Assembly (NCBI GenBank): GCA_951406725.2
Contig: OX597831.1
Coordinates: forward strand, 2,232,001-2,296,000
Length of the DNA stretch: 64,000 bases
Direction: 5' to 3'
Source: Octopus vulgaris
Lineage: Eukaryota
Shown one piece after another: positions 12,771 to 24,442 of the stretch; the first letter of the stretch is position 1; every line of letters starts with the position of its first letter. The position numbers and the translations under genes are program-made. The notes below the pieces were generated by a model that made no database searches, had not been told where the DNA came from, and saw only the letters and a program-made list of their open reading frames with translations.

Positions 12771-13634
12771 AGTCAGTTGTAAGTGGGAAGGTAGCAGAAC
12801 GGCAAAAATAGCAGAGTTAAGTCCCTTGAACTTCTCTGTTCAAATTCAACCAGAATTATTCTTTACGGTTCACTTTTCAAGGATTGCGACTCACACAAGC
12901 ATGAAAATAGCTTAAAATGATGACGATGATGGTAATAAAATATGTACCTGACCTGTGGTGTACTGGTTTCATTCAATTGATTTTACCCCCTCTCCTTTAC
13001 AAATATATAACTTGTTAGTGTATAATCAATATTTTTTGTCTTTTACTTGTTTCAGTCATTGGACTGTGACGATGTTGGGGCATGAGTGGAGGTGCATGGC
13101 TTAGTGGTTAAGGTGTTGAACTCATGATTAGTAAGATTATGGTTTCAATTCTTGGACCAAGTGACGCATTGCATTCTTGAGCAAAACACTTCATTTCATG
13201 TTTACTCCAGTCCACTGAGTAACCCTGCTACAGAGCAGCATCCTGTCCAGGTGGGAAATATATGCGCCATGGAAACTGGGAAACCAGGCGTTATGAGTTG
13301 GTATGAGTCATGAATGAAGCTTTTTCTTATCTTTTTATGCTGGGGCATTTCCACAAAGGGTTTAGTTGGACAAATCTATCTGAGTATTTATTTTTTAAAA
13401 GTTTTTTACTAATTCTATCAGTTTTTTGTTGAACCACTAAATTATAAGGACTTACCTCCTTAGTATTTGGATGACTCTGTCAAAAAATATAATTCTTATT
13501 CATATCATTTTGAATTAATCCTACATTATCTGGTAGCTTTGTAACTTCAATGGTGTGTTTAGTTTGAGAATGACATTGTAAGGGGCTGACTCTAACCAGT
13601 TTGAACATGAAACAGCTGGATATGGCTGGTTTAA

Positions 13635-13854
13635 CCCTTTCGTTACCAACCCGGCTGAAACCAGCTCTGGCTCTGAGTACAAATGTCTTGTTTTTATAAG
13701 TTTTGAATTAAAATCTTCCACCAAACCTTAGTCACAATTTATGTTCCTAACACTAGCTTAATGATAACCAAGTTATTTTACTAAAGTCTTTCTTATATTT
13801 AAAGTAATTGAAAGAAACACAGAGCATCCCAAAATAAATACAGTAACGAAAGGG
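13635..13854. mobile_element. piggyBac-type MITE, family F, nested in a reversed family E copy
   Basis: Perfect 12-bp TIR ccctttcgttac / gtaacgaaaggg with TTAA on both sides. Confidence 0.88.
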
Positions 13855-14081
13855 TTAAACACTGAAGGATTAAACAAAGCAAGACTGGTTGTTATGGGTC
13901 ACACACACACACACCATTTCTGTTTACCAAATTCACTCTCAAGGTATTTGTTGGGGCAGGGCTAAAGAAGAAGACTCAGCCATGCCTGCAAATATTTATT
14001 TTTTCCAACTCTTAGACATTGCCACTGCATTAGAGAATTATTGTTAGAAGAGTCATTAAAATGCTGCTCTATCATCAGAAA

Positions 14082-14405
14082 CAGTGGTTCTCACCCTTTT
14101 CTTAACCTATGGACCCCTTTCATCTCTGTTTTATTCTGGTGGACCCTGACTGCCATTCGATGTTTAAAAACTAGTTTTATAGATACTTTCAAAAATTCCT
14201 ATTTTTGTTTTTCACACATTAACTTGCATAGGTTGAACTATGTAAGATATTAGAGAAAGAAACCTAACTGTTTCTGGTACTAAATACATCCAAAGTAATA
14301 TTTTCCCATGGACTCTTAAAATACTATTGTGGATCCGCAAATTACTATTTTGCTGGCGTGTGGATTCCTTAAAATCTTATATGGACCCTGGTTATGAACC
14401 ATCAG
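14082..14405. mobile_element. Probable hAT-type MITE
   Basis: cagtggttctca left end, decayed gttatgaacca right end, repeated ggaccc/ggatcc subterminal motifs. Confidence 0.45.
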
Positions 14406-14914
14406 TCTAAAGAGTGTTTATGTGCTCAGAAGTTCCATCAGCCCTGTTGGTTCCAGGCAATGTATGAAGATGCTTCTCCACAAAATGTAAAAATAAATAG
14501 ACTTATTCTGAATAATTTATTGCAATACAAACAGTATTAATATCAAAAATCAATCTCAATTTCCAGCTAAGCGTGGAGGTTGGGTTAGAACACAGAATAC
14601 TGCATTATACACCATGAGTCTTTATGAGAGGCTCGCTCATAAGGGCTCATGGTGCATAAGAACACTCATCACAATGTCATTGACAGAAGTGACTCATCTG
14701 CTACAGCCACCAGAAATGCTAGATCACATAATTTCACTCTGCTATGAGTTCTTCAGTAACAGATGTCCAACAGCAACATAACAGCTGAATCTCCCATCAA
14801 AGATATATATAGAATATCAGTGTCTATTCAGGTATTGGTGTTGCAAATACCCTGTGGGCTTATTAAAAAATAATCAATGTCAACAGAAGCAGTATTAATA
14901 CCAAAAAGGTAATC

Positions 14915-15275
14915 TTGATCTCCAACTTAATGTGGAGTTTGTGTTAGAACATAGACTACTGTATTATTTACTTTGAGAGAAACTCTCATAAGGACTCATG
15001 GTGTAGAAAAGCACTTATCATATCATCAACAAATCAGAATCATCTGCTATGGCTACCACAACTACCAGGACAGGAGATTTGGCTGTTATGCCACTGCTGG
15101 ATGTCTGTAACTGAGGAATCCATAGCAGGGTGAAATCATGTGATCTGGCAGTTCCAGAGGCTGTCAATGGTATAATGACAAGTGCTTTTATGCATGAGTC
15201 TTTATGAGATTCTCTCAAGGTAAATAACACAGTATTTTGTGTTCTAACATAAGCTCTACATTAAACTGGAGATCA
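14915..15275. repeat. Inverted repeat with about 115-bp arms, plus an upstream direct copy at about 14530-14710
   Basis: 14915-15030 and 15162-15275 are diverged reverse complements (ttgatctcca...aagcacttatca / tgacaagtgctt...tggagatcaa). Confidence 0.7.
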
Positions 15276-15327
15276 AAACCTATTCTACTTTCTAAATTCA
15301 CCCAACCACTAACAAACTTAATCACAA

Positions 15328-15485
15328 GTGCAGGAGTGGCTGTGTGGTGAATAGCTTGCTTACCAACCACATAGTTCTGGGTTCAGTTCCACTGTGTGGC
15401 ACCTTGGGCAAGTGTCTTCTACTATAGCCTCAGGCCAACCAAAGCCTTGTGAGTGAATTTGGTAGACGGAAATTGAAAGAAGCTT
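15328..15485 (+). mobile_element. SINE family A, 5' half
   Basis: gtgcaggagtggctgtgtgg...gaaagaagc; truncated at the central microsatellite. Confidence 0.8.
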
Positions 15486-15822
15486 GTTTTAAAGTGATCT
15501 AAATCAAAACCTTTCACCAAAATTTCACAATAATATTCCAGGCATCGAAGGCGGTGAACTGGCAGAATTGTTACTGCACCAGACAAACTGCTTAGCAGCA
15601 CTTCATCTGTTTTTATGTTCCAAGTTCAAATTCTGCCAAGGTCGACTTTGCCTTTCATCTTTTAAGGGTCAATAAAATAAGTACCAGTTCAGCACAGGAA
15701 TTGATGTAATTGACTTGCCCCCTCCTCAGAAACCGCTGGCCTTGTGCTAAAATTTGAAACCAGTGTTCTAGACACTAGGTTAATAGTGTATTTCAACAGA
15801 AGTATGTTGACCAAAGGATTAA

Positions 15823-16037
15823 CCCTTTCGTTACCAACCCGGCTGAAACCGGCTCTGGCTCTGAGTACAAATGTCTTGTTTTCATAAGTTTTGAATTAAA
15901 ATCTTTCACCAAACCTTAGTCACAATTTATGCCCCTAACACCAGCTGAATGACAACTAAGTTATTTTACTAAATTCATTGTTATATTTAAAGTAATTGAA
16001 AGAAACACAGAGCATCTCAAAATCAGTAATGAAAGGG
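15823..16037. mobile_element. piggyBac-type MITE, family F
   Basis: Near-identical to 13635-13854; TTAA left, CTAA right. Confidence 0.85.
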
Positions 16038-16381
16038 CTAACTGGTTTTAGATAGGGCTTGAGAACAGGTGCTGACTTATTTCGTTAATCTCAGTGCCCA
16101 TCATGTGATACTTTAATGTTTTGTCCTTCCAAGTCAGTGATATCAATTATATCACTATAGTGATATAATAGTTATAGTGATATCAATTATTTTACATTGT
16201 CTTTCTTGCCACTTGCTACAAGACTTGGTGTCTTCCATACAATTACATAGGATGATGAAAATCTAAAAGATTTTAATGTCATTACTCAATTATTCTTGGA
16301 GGTTTGTGTACTTAGCATTTCTGAATTATTTCTACATTATTCTTGTTGTTCTTAATGTTCTTATCTGTTTGTTTATTCCAG

Positions 16382-16451
16382 ATTCGTCTGGTTGTTGAAG
16401 AAGGTCTTAACCAACTTCCTTACCAAAAATTTACAGTAACCACCCCCACAG
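16382..16451 (+). CDS. UPRT: Uracil phosphoribosyltransferase homolog, internal coding exon (70 bp)
   Basis: Acceptor ttattccag, donor gtaaat; translates IRLVVEEGLNQLPYQKFTVTTPT(G), the RLVVEEGLNxLP..VTTPTG motif of eukaryotic UPRT. Confidence 0.95.
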
Positions 16452-16501
16452 GTAAATAGGAAACGATTTAATTTATTTTGTTTTTTGTACTCTTACAAAT
16501 T

Positions 16502-16542
<41 letters not shown>

Positions 16543-16545
<3 letters not shown>

Positions 16546-16894
16546 AGTAGTTGAATGAATTATCCTAGTATGGATAATTCGGTTAACCGATACCCGGGTA
16601 GCAAATTCACGTCAGAAAACACGGTTGAAGCTACATGCCAAGGGCAGAGATCACGTGCTTTCGTGTAGAAATTTGTGTGTGTTTTTTAATATAAATAAAT
16701 GAAAGAATGGAGTTGAACGACGATTTAACCAAATTCCTTTATTCTTGACATATGTTTCGAAGACTGCATATTCTTAATTCCAAAGGAATAAAGGGTGCAT
16801 TATGCCGCCTTCTCATCAGGAAAGACAAGGAACTTATGTCAGCATCATGACGAACAAAAACTTTTAGATGACTGCCCACATGGAGTCCATAGTG
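16543..16894 (-). mobile_element. About 350-bp element between two (TA)n tracts carrying the hammerhead; probable Penelope-like terminal repeat or retrozyme-like unit
   Basis: Bounded by (TA)n at about 16513-16542 and 16895-16920; richer in CpG than the host intron; extra hairpin gaattatcc-tagtat-ggataattc at 16557-16580. Confidence 0.55.
16736..16830 (-). ncRNA. Type I hammerhead ribozyme motif (Penelope-like element type)
   Basis: - strand reads CUGAUGA (16819-16813), stem II GAAGGCgGCAUA/UAUGCaGUCUUC, GAAA (16758-16755), palindromic stem III ACAUAUGU, cleavage triplet GUC (16749-16747). Stem I is imperfect. Confidence 0.75.
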
Positions 16895-17587
16895 ATATAT
16901 ATATATATATGTATATATATGGTTCATTGATTGGTTAATGTATTACAAGCTGTTTATTTGACATCAAATAGAGGTGATATTAGTGGAAAGGTGAAAAATA
17001 AAAGTGAGATCTCTCTGTAGTTGCTACAGTTTGGTCAGTCCCCTTTCTGTATGTGGACAGTGACAATAAGGGCCTTTAAGATTTATTTCTACACATCTAT
17101 CACACTATATTTCTCCGCTCTTAATTTTCTGTTAATTACTTTCTTTCTCCTCCTTCTGTTTCTCTGAATTACCTTTGACGTTAAATTTATTAATGTTTTT
17201 TTTTTAAAAAATAACTTGCCATCATTCTCTTGATCATATACACGATAATCACATTTGGTTAAAATGGCTTATTGATGTGTTTTGTTTCTCTTTTTTCCCT
17301 GATGAGATGATTACATTGTTTTACATCATTTTATTCCCTTAGGAATAATATCAATGTTTTCTTTAAAACATATGTTGGAAGTGTAAAGATTTGAATAACA
17401 CCTGCATTTAGGTCCATTTCTTAATTTATCTATCTCATTCAAAAACATTTCACTAAACCCTGGAACTTCTACCTTTATAAGTAGGCTGTAACATCCTTCG
17501 TACTTATGTGAATTTTTGCTACCCTGGTAACTATTTATTTTTTCCGTGTTATTTGTACACATTGAAAATACACACACACACACATAT

Positions 17588-17983
17588 CTCTTTACTCTTT
17601 TACTTGTTTCAGTCATTTGAATGCGGCCATGCTAGAGCACCGCCTTTAGTCGAGCAAATCAACCCCGGGACTTATTCTTTGTAAGCCCAGTACTTATTCT
17701 ATCAGTCTCTTTTGCCGAACCGCTAAGTGACGGGGGCGTAAACACACCAGCATCGGTTGTCAAGCAATGCTAGGGGGACAAACACAGACACACAAACATA
17801 TACACATACACACATATACATATACATATATACGACTTTTCCGTCTACCAAATCCACTCACAAGGCATTGGTCGGCCCGGGGCTATAGCAGAAGACACTT
17901 GCCCAAGGTGCCACGCAGTGGGACTGAACCCGGAACCATGTGGTTGGTAAGCAAGCTACTTACCACACAGCCACTCCTGCGCC
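17588..17983 (-). mobile_element. SINE family A copy
   Basis: Reverse complement of family A, full length. Confidence 0.85.
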
Positions 17984-18449
17984 TATATATATATATGTAC
18001 AGTTACCAGGTATTATATTGTATGCATGTGTATCCAGATTGGTGTATAAATACACATAATTTATACATGTACAGACACATGTTGCTTTATCAACTGAAGA
18101 TATTTTCAGATTTACTGTTGTTTTTTTTTGTAACGTTTACATTAATTCAGCATTGCCTTCATTTACTTAGATGTTTCTAATGTCACAAGAAATAACTATT
18201 ATTTTATCAACAGAGACAGAGAAGTGTATGTTGTGATAGATTCCTCTCTCATTTCATTAATACCTTATTCTGGACCTAACCTAGGTCTTCGGAAGAGATG
18301 CACACATCACATGCACATACAGGAATTTTCAAACAACTCTTCATTGTACAATGTGGCCCCTCACAGTTTCTTAAATGTGTTTGTTTTTGGAATGTTGTGA
18401 TATATTTACAACATATGGCTACATGTTATGATATTTAATGTATCTTCAG

Positions 18450-18512
18450 GTTACGAGTACCATGGGTTGAAGTATGAAAAAGGAAACTGCGGAGTCAGTA
18501 TTATCAGAAGTG
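18450..18512 (+). CDS. UPRT: UPRT internal coding exon (63 bp)
   Basis: Acceptor tcttcag, donor gtaagt; phase 1-1; (G)YEYHGLKYEKGNCGVSIIRS(G), in frame with both neighbours. Confidence 0.95.
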
Positions 18513-18686
18513 GTAAGTTTCATATTTTGGAATGTCATTCTATTTACTTGCTAGGTAAACATTAGTTTCCATAGAAAAAAAAAAAAAGAAAGAGAATTGA
18601 TGAGTAAGAATTAAAACTGTTATGCTTTATGGTGATGATTGATAAAAAAAAATCATCATTCACATCATTCAAGTAGACCTTGACCA

Positions 18687-18965
18687 GGTCACTCCAAAAA
18701 GCTCTATCTGCGACGATTTCATCTCAATCGAAGGAGAGGGGCTTTCTCCGTCCAGGTTGTGGATCCGTGGAATAAGCTGCTGGACGAGATAGTGAAGATG
18801 CCGACGACTGCTCGGTTCAAAGTCTCTCTTGACCAGAAATGGCCTGAACTCTTTGCATGAACACACTCCCTGTACATAGCTCCATGTCCCCCTACATGGC
18901 CTTGCTTTTTGAGCCAAAAAATTAACTTAACTTAACTTTGGCTATAGACACTGTTAGCATTACTT
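18687..18965 (+). mobile_element. 5'-truncated CR1-clade LINE 3' end
   Basis: + strand encodes GHSKKLYLRRFHLNRRRGAFSVQVVDPWNKLLDEIVKMPTTARFKVSLDQKW, the CR1/L2 ORF2 C-terminal pattern RGH..F..RVV..WN.LP..FK..LD; (TTAAC)n tail. Confidence 0.85.
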
Positions 18966-19735
18966 GATGCTAGTTCATTCAATGGACTTGACCAATTATT
19001 GTCAACTGACTGGAATCAAAATTGAACAACCTCTGTTGCTAATTCGTTGATCCAGAATCCAAAAGTACAAATCATTATTGGTACAACATTGCTCGCTAGT
19101 GATCTTTGGCATTTCTTTAAATTCTTTGAAGTCTGACAGCTGCTATCAAGAATGTGGTTAACAAATTTAAAGCTTCATGGCCAGCCAATAGAAAAAGAAA
19201 ATCTACAGCTGATTCATCTAGGCCTCACTTGAAATCATCATCATCATTTAGTGTCCGCTTTCCATGCTAGCATGGGTTGGGCGGTTCAACTGGGGACTGT
19301 GAAGCCGGAAGGCTGCATCAGGCCCAGTCTGATCTGGCAGTGTTTCTACGGCTGGATGCCCTTCCTAACGCCAAATATATTATTGAAATATATTATGAAT
19401 AAATTCTAACAAAATCCATGACCAACCTTACCATTTTAAATTATGTAGGCTAATTTTCGATTATTGATGGTTCTGGCTGTACCAAATTCTCCATGGAACA
19501 CTTAGACCAATGCAGGCAAGTGATGAGTGCAAATGAAGAGTATGCAGAAAATGTTGATCACTGAAGCTAACTGGGGGATGAGGGGAAGAAAACCCAGGAG
19601 ATGGAGAATGGAGTTAGAGATATTTGCTGTTAGTTTTTCTGTAGACTTATTCCAATGGGTTGGAAGGATGATTGGGGCTGGAAACTGAAATAAAGGAAAT
19701 ATTCCCAATTATAATTTCTTTAGCTATTATTTGTT

Positions 19736-20115
19736 ACTTTTACTTTACTTGTTTCAGTCATTTGACTACAGCCATGCTGGAGCACTGCCTTTAGTCGAAC
19801 AAATCAACCCCAGGACTTAGTCTTTGTTAGCCTAGTACTTATTCTATCGGTCTCTTTTGCCGAACTGCTAAGTTACAGGGACATAAACACACCAGCATCG
19901 GTTGTCAAACAAAGTTGGGGGACAAACAAACACATACACACACACACATATACAACGGGCTTCTTTCAGTTTCCATCTACCGAATCCACTCACAAGGCTT
20001 TGGTCGGCCCGAGGCTATAGTAGAATACACTTGCCCAAGGTGCCACACAGTGGGACTGAACCCGGAACCATGTGGTTGGTAAGCAAGCTACTTACCACAC
20101 AGCCACTCCTATGCC
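19736..20115 (-). mobile_element. SINE family A copy
   Basis: Reverse complement, ends about 120 bp upstream of UPRT exon 20238. Confidence 0.85.
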
Positions 20116-20237
20116 TATTGTTGTCTATATTATTAAATTATTAAAATGATCACACACACTCACACAGGATTATAGAAACCAGGTAAAATGAAAATTGTGA
20201 TGGCTTCCACTTGCAATATGTTCCTCTCTCCTCACAG

Positions 20238-20399
20238 GCGAAGCCATGGAACAAGGTCTACAGAACTGCTGTGGTCCAATACGCATAGGAAAGATATTGA
20301 TACAGAGTGATGCAGATACTCATGAAGCAAAGGTGCTTTACTCCAATTTTCCACCAGAGTTCAGCAGTCGGAAAGTATTATTGATGTACCCTATTATGA
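20238..20399 (+). CDS. UPRT: UPRT internal coding exon (162 bp)
   Basis: Acceptor ctcacag, donor gtgagt; (G)EAMEQGLQNCCGPIRIGKILIQSDADTHEAKVLYSNFPPEFSSRKVLLMYPIM(S); overlaps ORF 20246..20437. Confidence 0.96.
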
Positions 20400-21191
20400 G
20401 TGAGTATCTTGTTATTGTTTTGTTGCATTTGGTCTAATGTGTGTTAGTTGTTGTTTAATAGATTCTTGTATAAAAAGACATGGCATGGAAATAGATGATC
20501 AGATGTATGGAAGCATGTCTACACATCCATTGCATTGAATCTGTCCTAGTTTTGGTTTGTCAGACGCCACAGGATGTCTGTTATGTGGGTTTGAGTAAAC
20601 TCTATCGTATTGTTATCATGTCTATATCATCATCATCATCACCACTTTAATGTTGACTTTTCCATGCTTGCATGGGTCAGATGGAATTCATTGTGGAAGA
20701 TTTTCTGTGGTTGGATGCCCTTCCTGTTGCCAACTCTCAAGTGTTTCCAAAGACAACAATTCAGTCATCATCATCATATCATTTAATATCTGTTTTCCAT
20801 GCTGGCATGGGTTGCACAGCCTGACAGGAACTGGCAAGGCCAGAAGCGGCACCAGGTTCCATTGTCTGTGTTGGCTTGGTATCTACAGCTGGATGCCCTT
20901 CCAAACACCATCCACTTCACAGAGGGTACTGGATGCTTTTTAGGTGGCACCATCACCAGTGCTTTTTACATAGACACCATATCAATATACAAATAAATTA
21001 AAATGTTAAACCTTGAGCAATGAAGTATTGAAGTAAATACTCTGAAACCGTCTGAAATTGTTTGGATAAGAGTAATATTTCTTTACACAGTGGAACTGTG
21101 AGTAGAAGCTAGTTGTTGTTTTACCCATTATTTCTAATGGCTGTGAGGAGTGAAAAGAAAGTAGACAATTTACCATAATTAATAAAATTAG

Positions 21192-21537
21192 AACATCATA
21201 AGCGGAAAGTGTAACCTCTCAAAAGAGCTGTTCTTCACTCCTACTCCAGATCGTCGGCTCCGGGGTCACTCCGAAAAGCTCTATCTGCGACAATTTCATC
21301 TCAATCGAAGGAGAGGGGCTTTCTCCGTCCAGGTTGTGGATCCGTGGAATAAGCTGCCGGACGAGATAGTGAAGATGCCGACGACTGCTCGGTTCAAAGT
21401 CTCTCTTGACCAGAAATGGCCTGAACTCTTTGCATGAACACCCTCCCTGTACATAACTCCATGTCCCCCTACATGGCCTTGCTTTTTGAGCCAAAAAATT
21501 AACTTAACTTTGACTATAGACACTGTTAGCATTACTT
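21192..21537 (+). mobile_element. 5'-truncated CR1-clade LINE 3' end, near-identical to 18687-18965
   Basis: Same peptide extended 5' (NIISGKCNLSKELFFTPTPDRRLRGHS). Confidence 0.85.
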
Positions 21538-21624
21538 TAGCTCATTTTGATATCTGGCTAATTAATTTTTTTCAGGTCATCAGGATTTTAATTAATTTTA
21601 TTCTTTTATTCTGTTTCTTTTCAT

Positions 21625-22030
21625 TCACTTGTTTCAGTCATTTGACTGTGGCCATGCTGGAGCACCGTCTTTAGTCGAGCAAATCGACCCTAGGACTTAT
21701 TCTTTGTAGGCCTAGTACTTATTCTATTGGTCTCTTTTTCCAAACTGCTAAGTTACGGGGACGTAAACACACCAGCATCAGTTGTCAAGCGATGTTGGGG
21801 GGGACAAACACAGATACACAAACATATATATATGTATGTGTGTATATGTTTCTGTTTACCAAATTCATGACAGGCTTCTTTCAGTTTCTGTCTACCAAAT
21901 TCACTCACAAGGCTTTGGTTGGCTCAAGTCCATAGTAGAAAGCACTTGCCCAAGCTGCCACACAGTGGAACTGAACCCAGAACCATGTGGTTGGTAAGCA
22001 AGCTACTCACTACACAGCCACTCTTGCACT
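21625..22030 (-). mobile_element. SINE family A copy
   Basis: Reverse complement, moderately diverged; a 3' fragment also lies at about 25476-25650. Confidence 0.8.
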
Positions 22031-23858
22031 TGTGATTAATTTTTTTATCATTTTATAACTCGTTGAAACTAATTAATGAGTTAATTGATGTAGTCATGCT
22101 CCTTTTTACACAACCATTTTTGCCAAAATATTAGGTCACTGAGTGCCTTTCTGACAGCAGCAGTTATGTTTGAACTGACTGGTATTTTAATTATCTAACA
22201 CTTAGTATTTTATTTGCTTGCTTTGCCCTCCAAATATGTGGAGATGAAGTAGGCCCGACTACATATTTATTTCTACTTAGCGAATTTCACTGCAATGCTT
22301 AATGGTTATGGATACCTATTCAGTGGAATCCGCTTATTGTGATCACTTTGTGACAGAACTTTTTTGGCTTACAATAACTAACTGATGACATTAACCCATT
22401 AATTTTGGTAACATTTTGTTGGGTTTGTACTTGCAGTCATAGTCAAGACACAATTCATTGTAATTTCTTACTAAGTTATTTCCCTTGATATTTTAATGCT
22501 ATTTCGCCAACGTTACATTTCCAACGTTTTGTTGTATCCCAAGTGAGCACTTCACACAGTTTGGAAAGTAGTGAATGTAATTTTAGCAATGTGCCAATAC
22601 ATCTTGTTCTACCCAGATGTCAACCACTGAGCATATTCAACAAAAATGATTGATTACTGAACTAAACGTTTTACTTTTACTCCTTTCCCAATCTCAACGA
22701 AGATTCTACCATGTTTGCCTCTCATCTCTACAATCACTGAAACGAGTAGCTGTTATATGTATATTGGTATCAGTTCAATAGACTAATCATATCACCCCTA
22801 AATTTATGGTCTTGTACTAAAATAATTATGGAGGCGCAATCACCCAGTGGTTAGGGCAGCAGACTTGTGGTCGGAGGATTACAGTTTCGATTCCCAGACT
22901 GGGCGTTGTGTGTGTTTATTGAGCGAAAACATCTGAAGCTTCACGAGGCTCCGGCAGAGCGTGGTGGCGACCCCTGTTGTACTCTTTCACCCCAACTTTC
23001 TCTCACTCTTTCTTCCTGTTTCTTGAGTAATGCTGCGATGGACTGGCATCCCGTCCAGCTGAGGGGAACACATATGCTAGGCTTGAAAAGGGCGCATTAA
23101 TAAATAAAAACTAAAACAATCCTGATTGAGGTGACCTATGATGAAAGGCATTCCTGATATAACTAGCTTGTCTTTTTAGAAGTATTTTATTTGGTTTAGT
23201 CGTGGGACTGTGATCATACTGGGACACTATTTTGAAACATTTTTAGTCACATTTATCAGCCTCTCTGCTTTTGTATCTTATTCTGTTTTTGTCGAATTTC
23301 TAAGTTGTGTGACATAAACAATTACACATTCATGCATGCACACACCTGACCGTCTCCTAAATTGTTTGTCCACCTGCGTCACACACAATGTGTTGGTCAA
23401 CTTGAGGGTATAAGTAGGTGGCACTTGTCTGGGTGCCCCACAAGGACTGAACCTGAAACCATGTGGTTGCAAAGTAAACTTCTTGCTTCATTTCAACAAC
23501 AATCATATTTGTGTCTTTAGGGATCCAGGAATTTGTTGTCCATTGTGTTCTTACGGTATTTCAGACAACAGAAAATACTTTTTCTCAGCGGGCCCAGGGT
23601 GACGTGGATAAGGCTACTGTGTCGGTGACACGGAAATGGCACCTGTGCCGGTGACACGGAAATGGCACCTGTGCCGGTGACACATAAAAGACATTCAGTA
23701 CACTCTGTGGGGTGGTTGGCATTAGAAAGGGCATGCAGCTGAGAAAATTAAGCCAAAACGGACTGCAGTCTGATGCAGCTCTCTAGCTTACCAGCTCCAG
23801 ACGAACTGTCTAACCCATGCTAGCATGGAAAATGGACACTAAATGATGATTTTATATA

Positions 23859-24060
23859 TTCCTTTCGAGCATTGGGGCTAGCTGAGTTCCTTCCTTCCTT
23901 TCAAGCATTAGGCCTCATGGAGGCATTGTGACTGAGTTTCTTTTGAGTATTGGGCCTGACGGAGGCAAAGTGGTTGAGTTCCTATTGAGCGTTGGGCCTC
24001 ATGGAGGCAAAGTGCCTGAGTTCCTTTTGAGTGTTGGGCCTCACAGAAGGCAATGACCAA
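23859..24060 (+). repeat. 42-bp tandem repeat, 4-5 units, at the 5' part of a family D element
   Basis: Consensus ttcctttcgagcgttgggcctcacggaggcaaagtgactgag. Confidence 0.8.
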
Positions 24061-24442
24061 GACCATTGGCATTATGTCATGCTTGAGAAGACCCATCAAG
24101 CCAAATAAAATCACAGTCGTAGAAGATACATGGACAACAGACATTAAATGATGATGATGATGATGATAAACGACTACATTGTTAAGCATCGTGCCATTTT
24201 ATGCTATTAGAGAGTGATTTGGCTGCAATTTCTTCCAAATTGAGCAGTAGCACCTTACTGTTTGGTTGGTAGTAGTAGAGGGATGTAGTCCTTAATGGAT
24301 TAGAAAGAGGGAGACCAGAGGGACTTGATGTAATGTGTACATTGTGCTTTGGTTATCCTTATCATGTCTTCCTTGCTGGAATGGTTTGAACAATTTATTT
24401 TTTGCAATTGTATCTTTCTCTCTCTCTCCATTGTAATTCTAG

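Noticed and set aside
1-16381. Upstream UPRT exons (LQTIIRD / DFxFxADRL)
   Set aside because: Not found by eye; they probably lie before the window, so treating this region as UPRT intron is an assumption.
17767-18180. Recurrent ORFs with FRLPNPLTRLWSARGYSRRHLPKVP
   Set aside because: Antisense reading of SINE family A, not a gene family.
18669-18917. Duplicated 82-91-aa - strand ORFs (MAQKARPCRG...)
   Set aside because: Antisense of the CR1 LINE 3' fragments.
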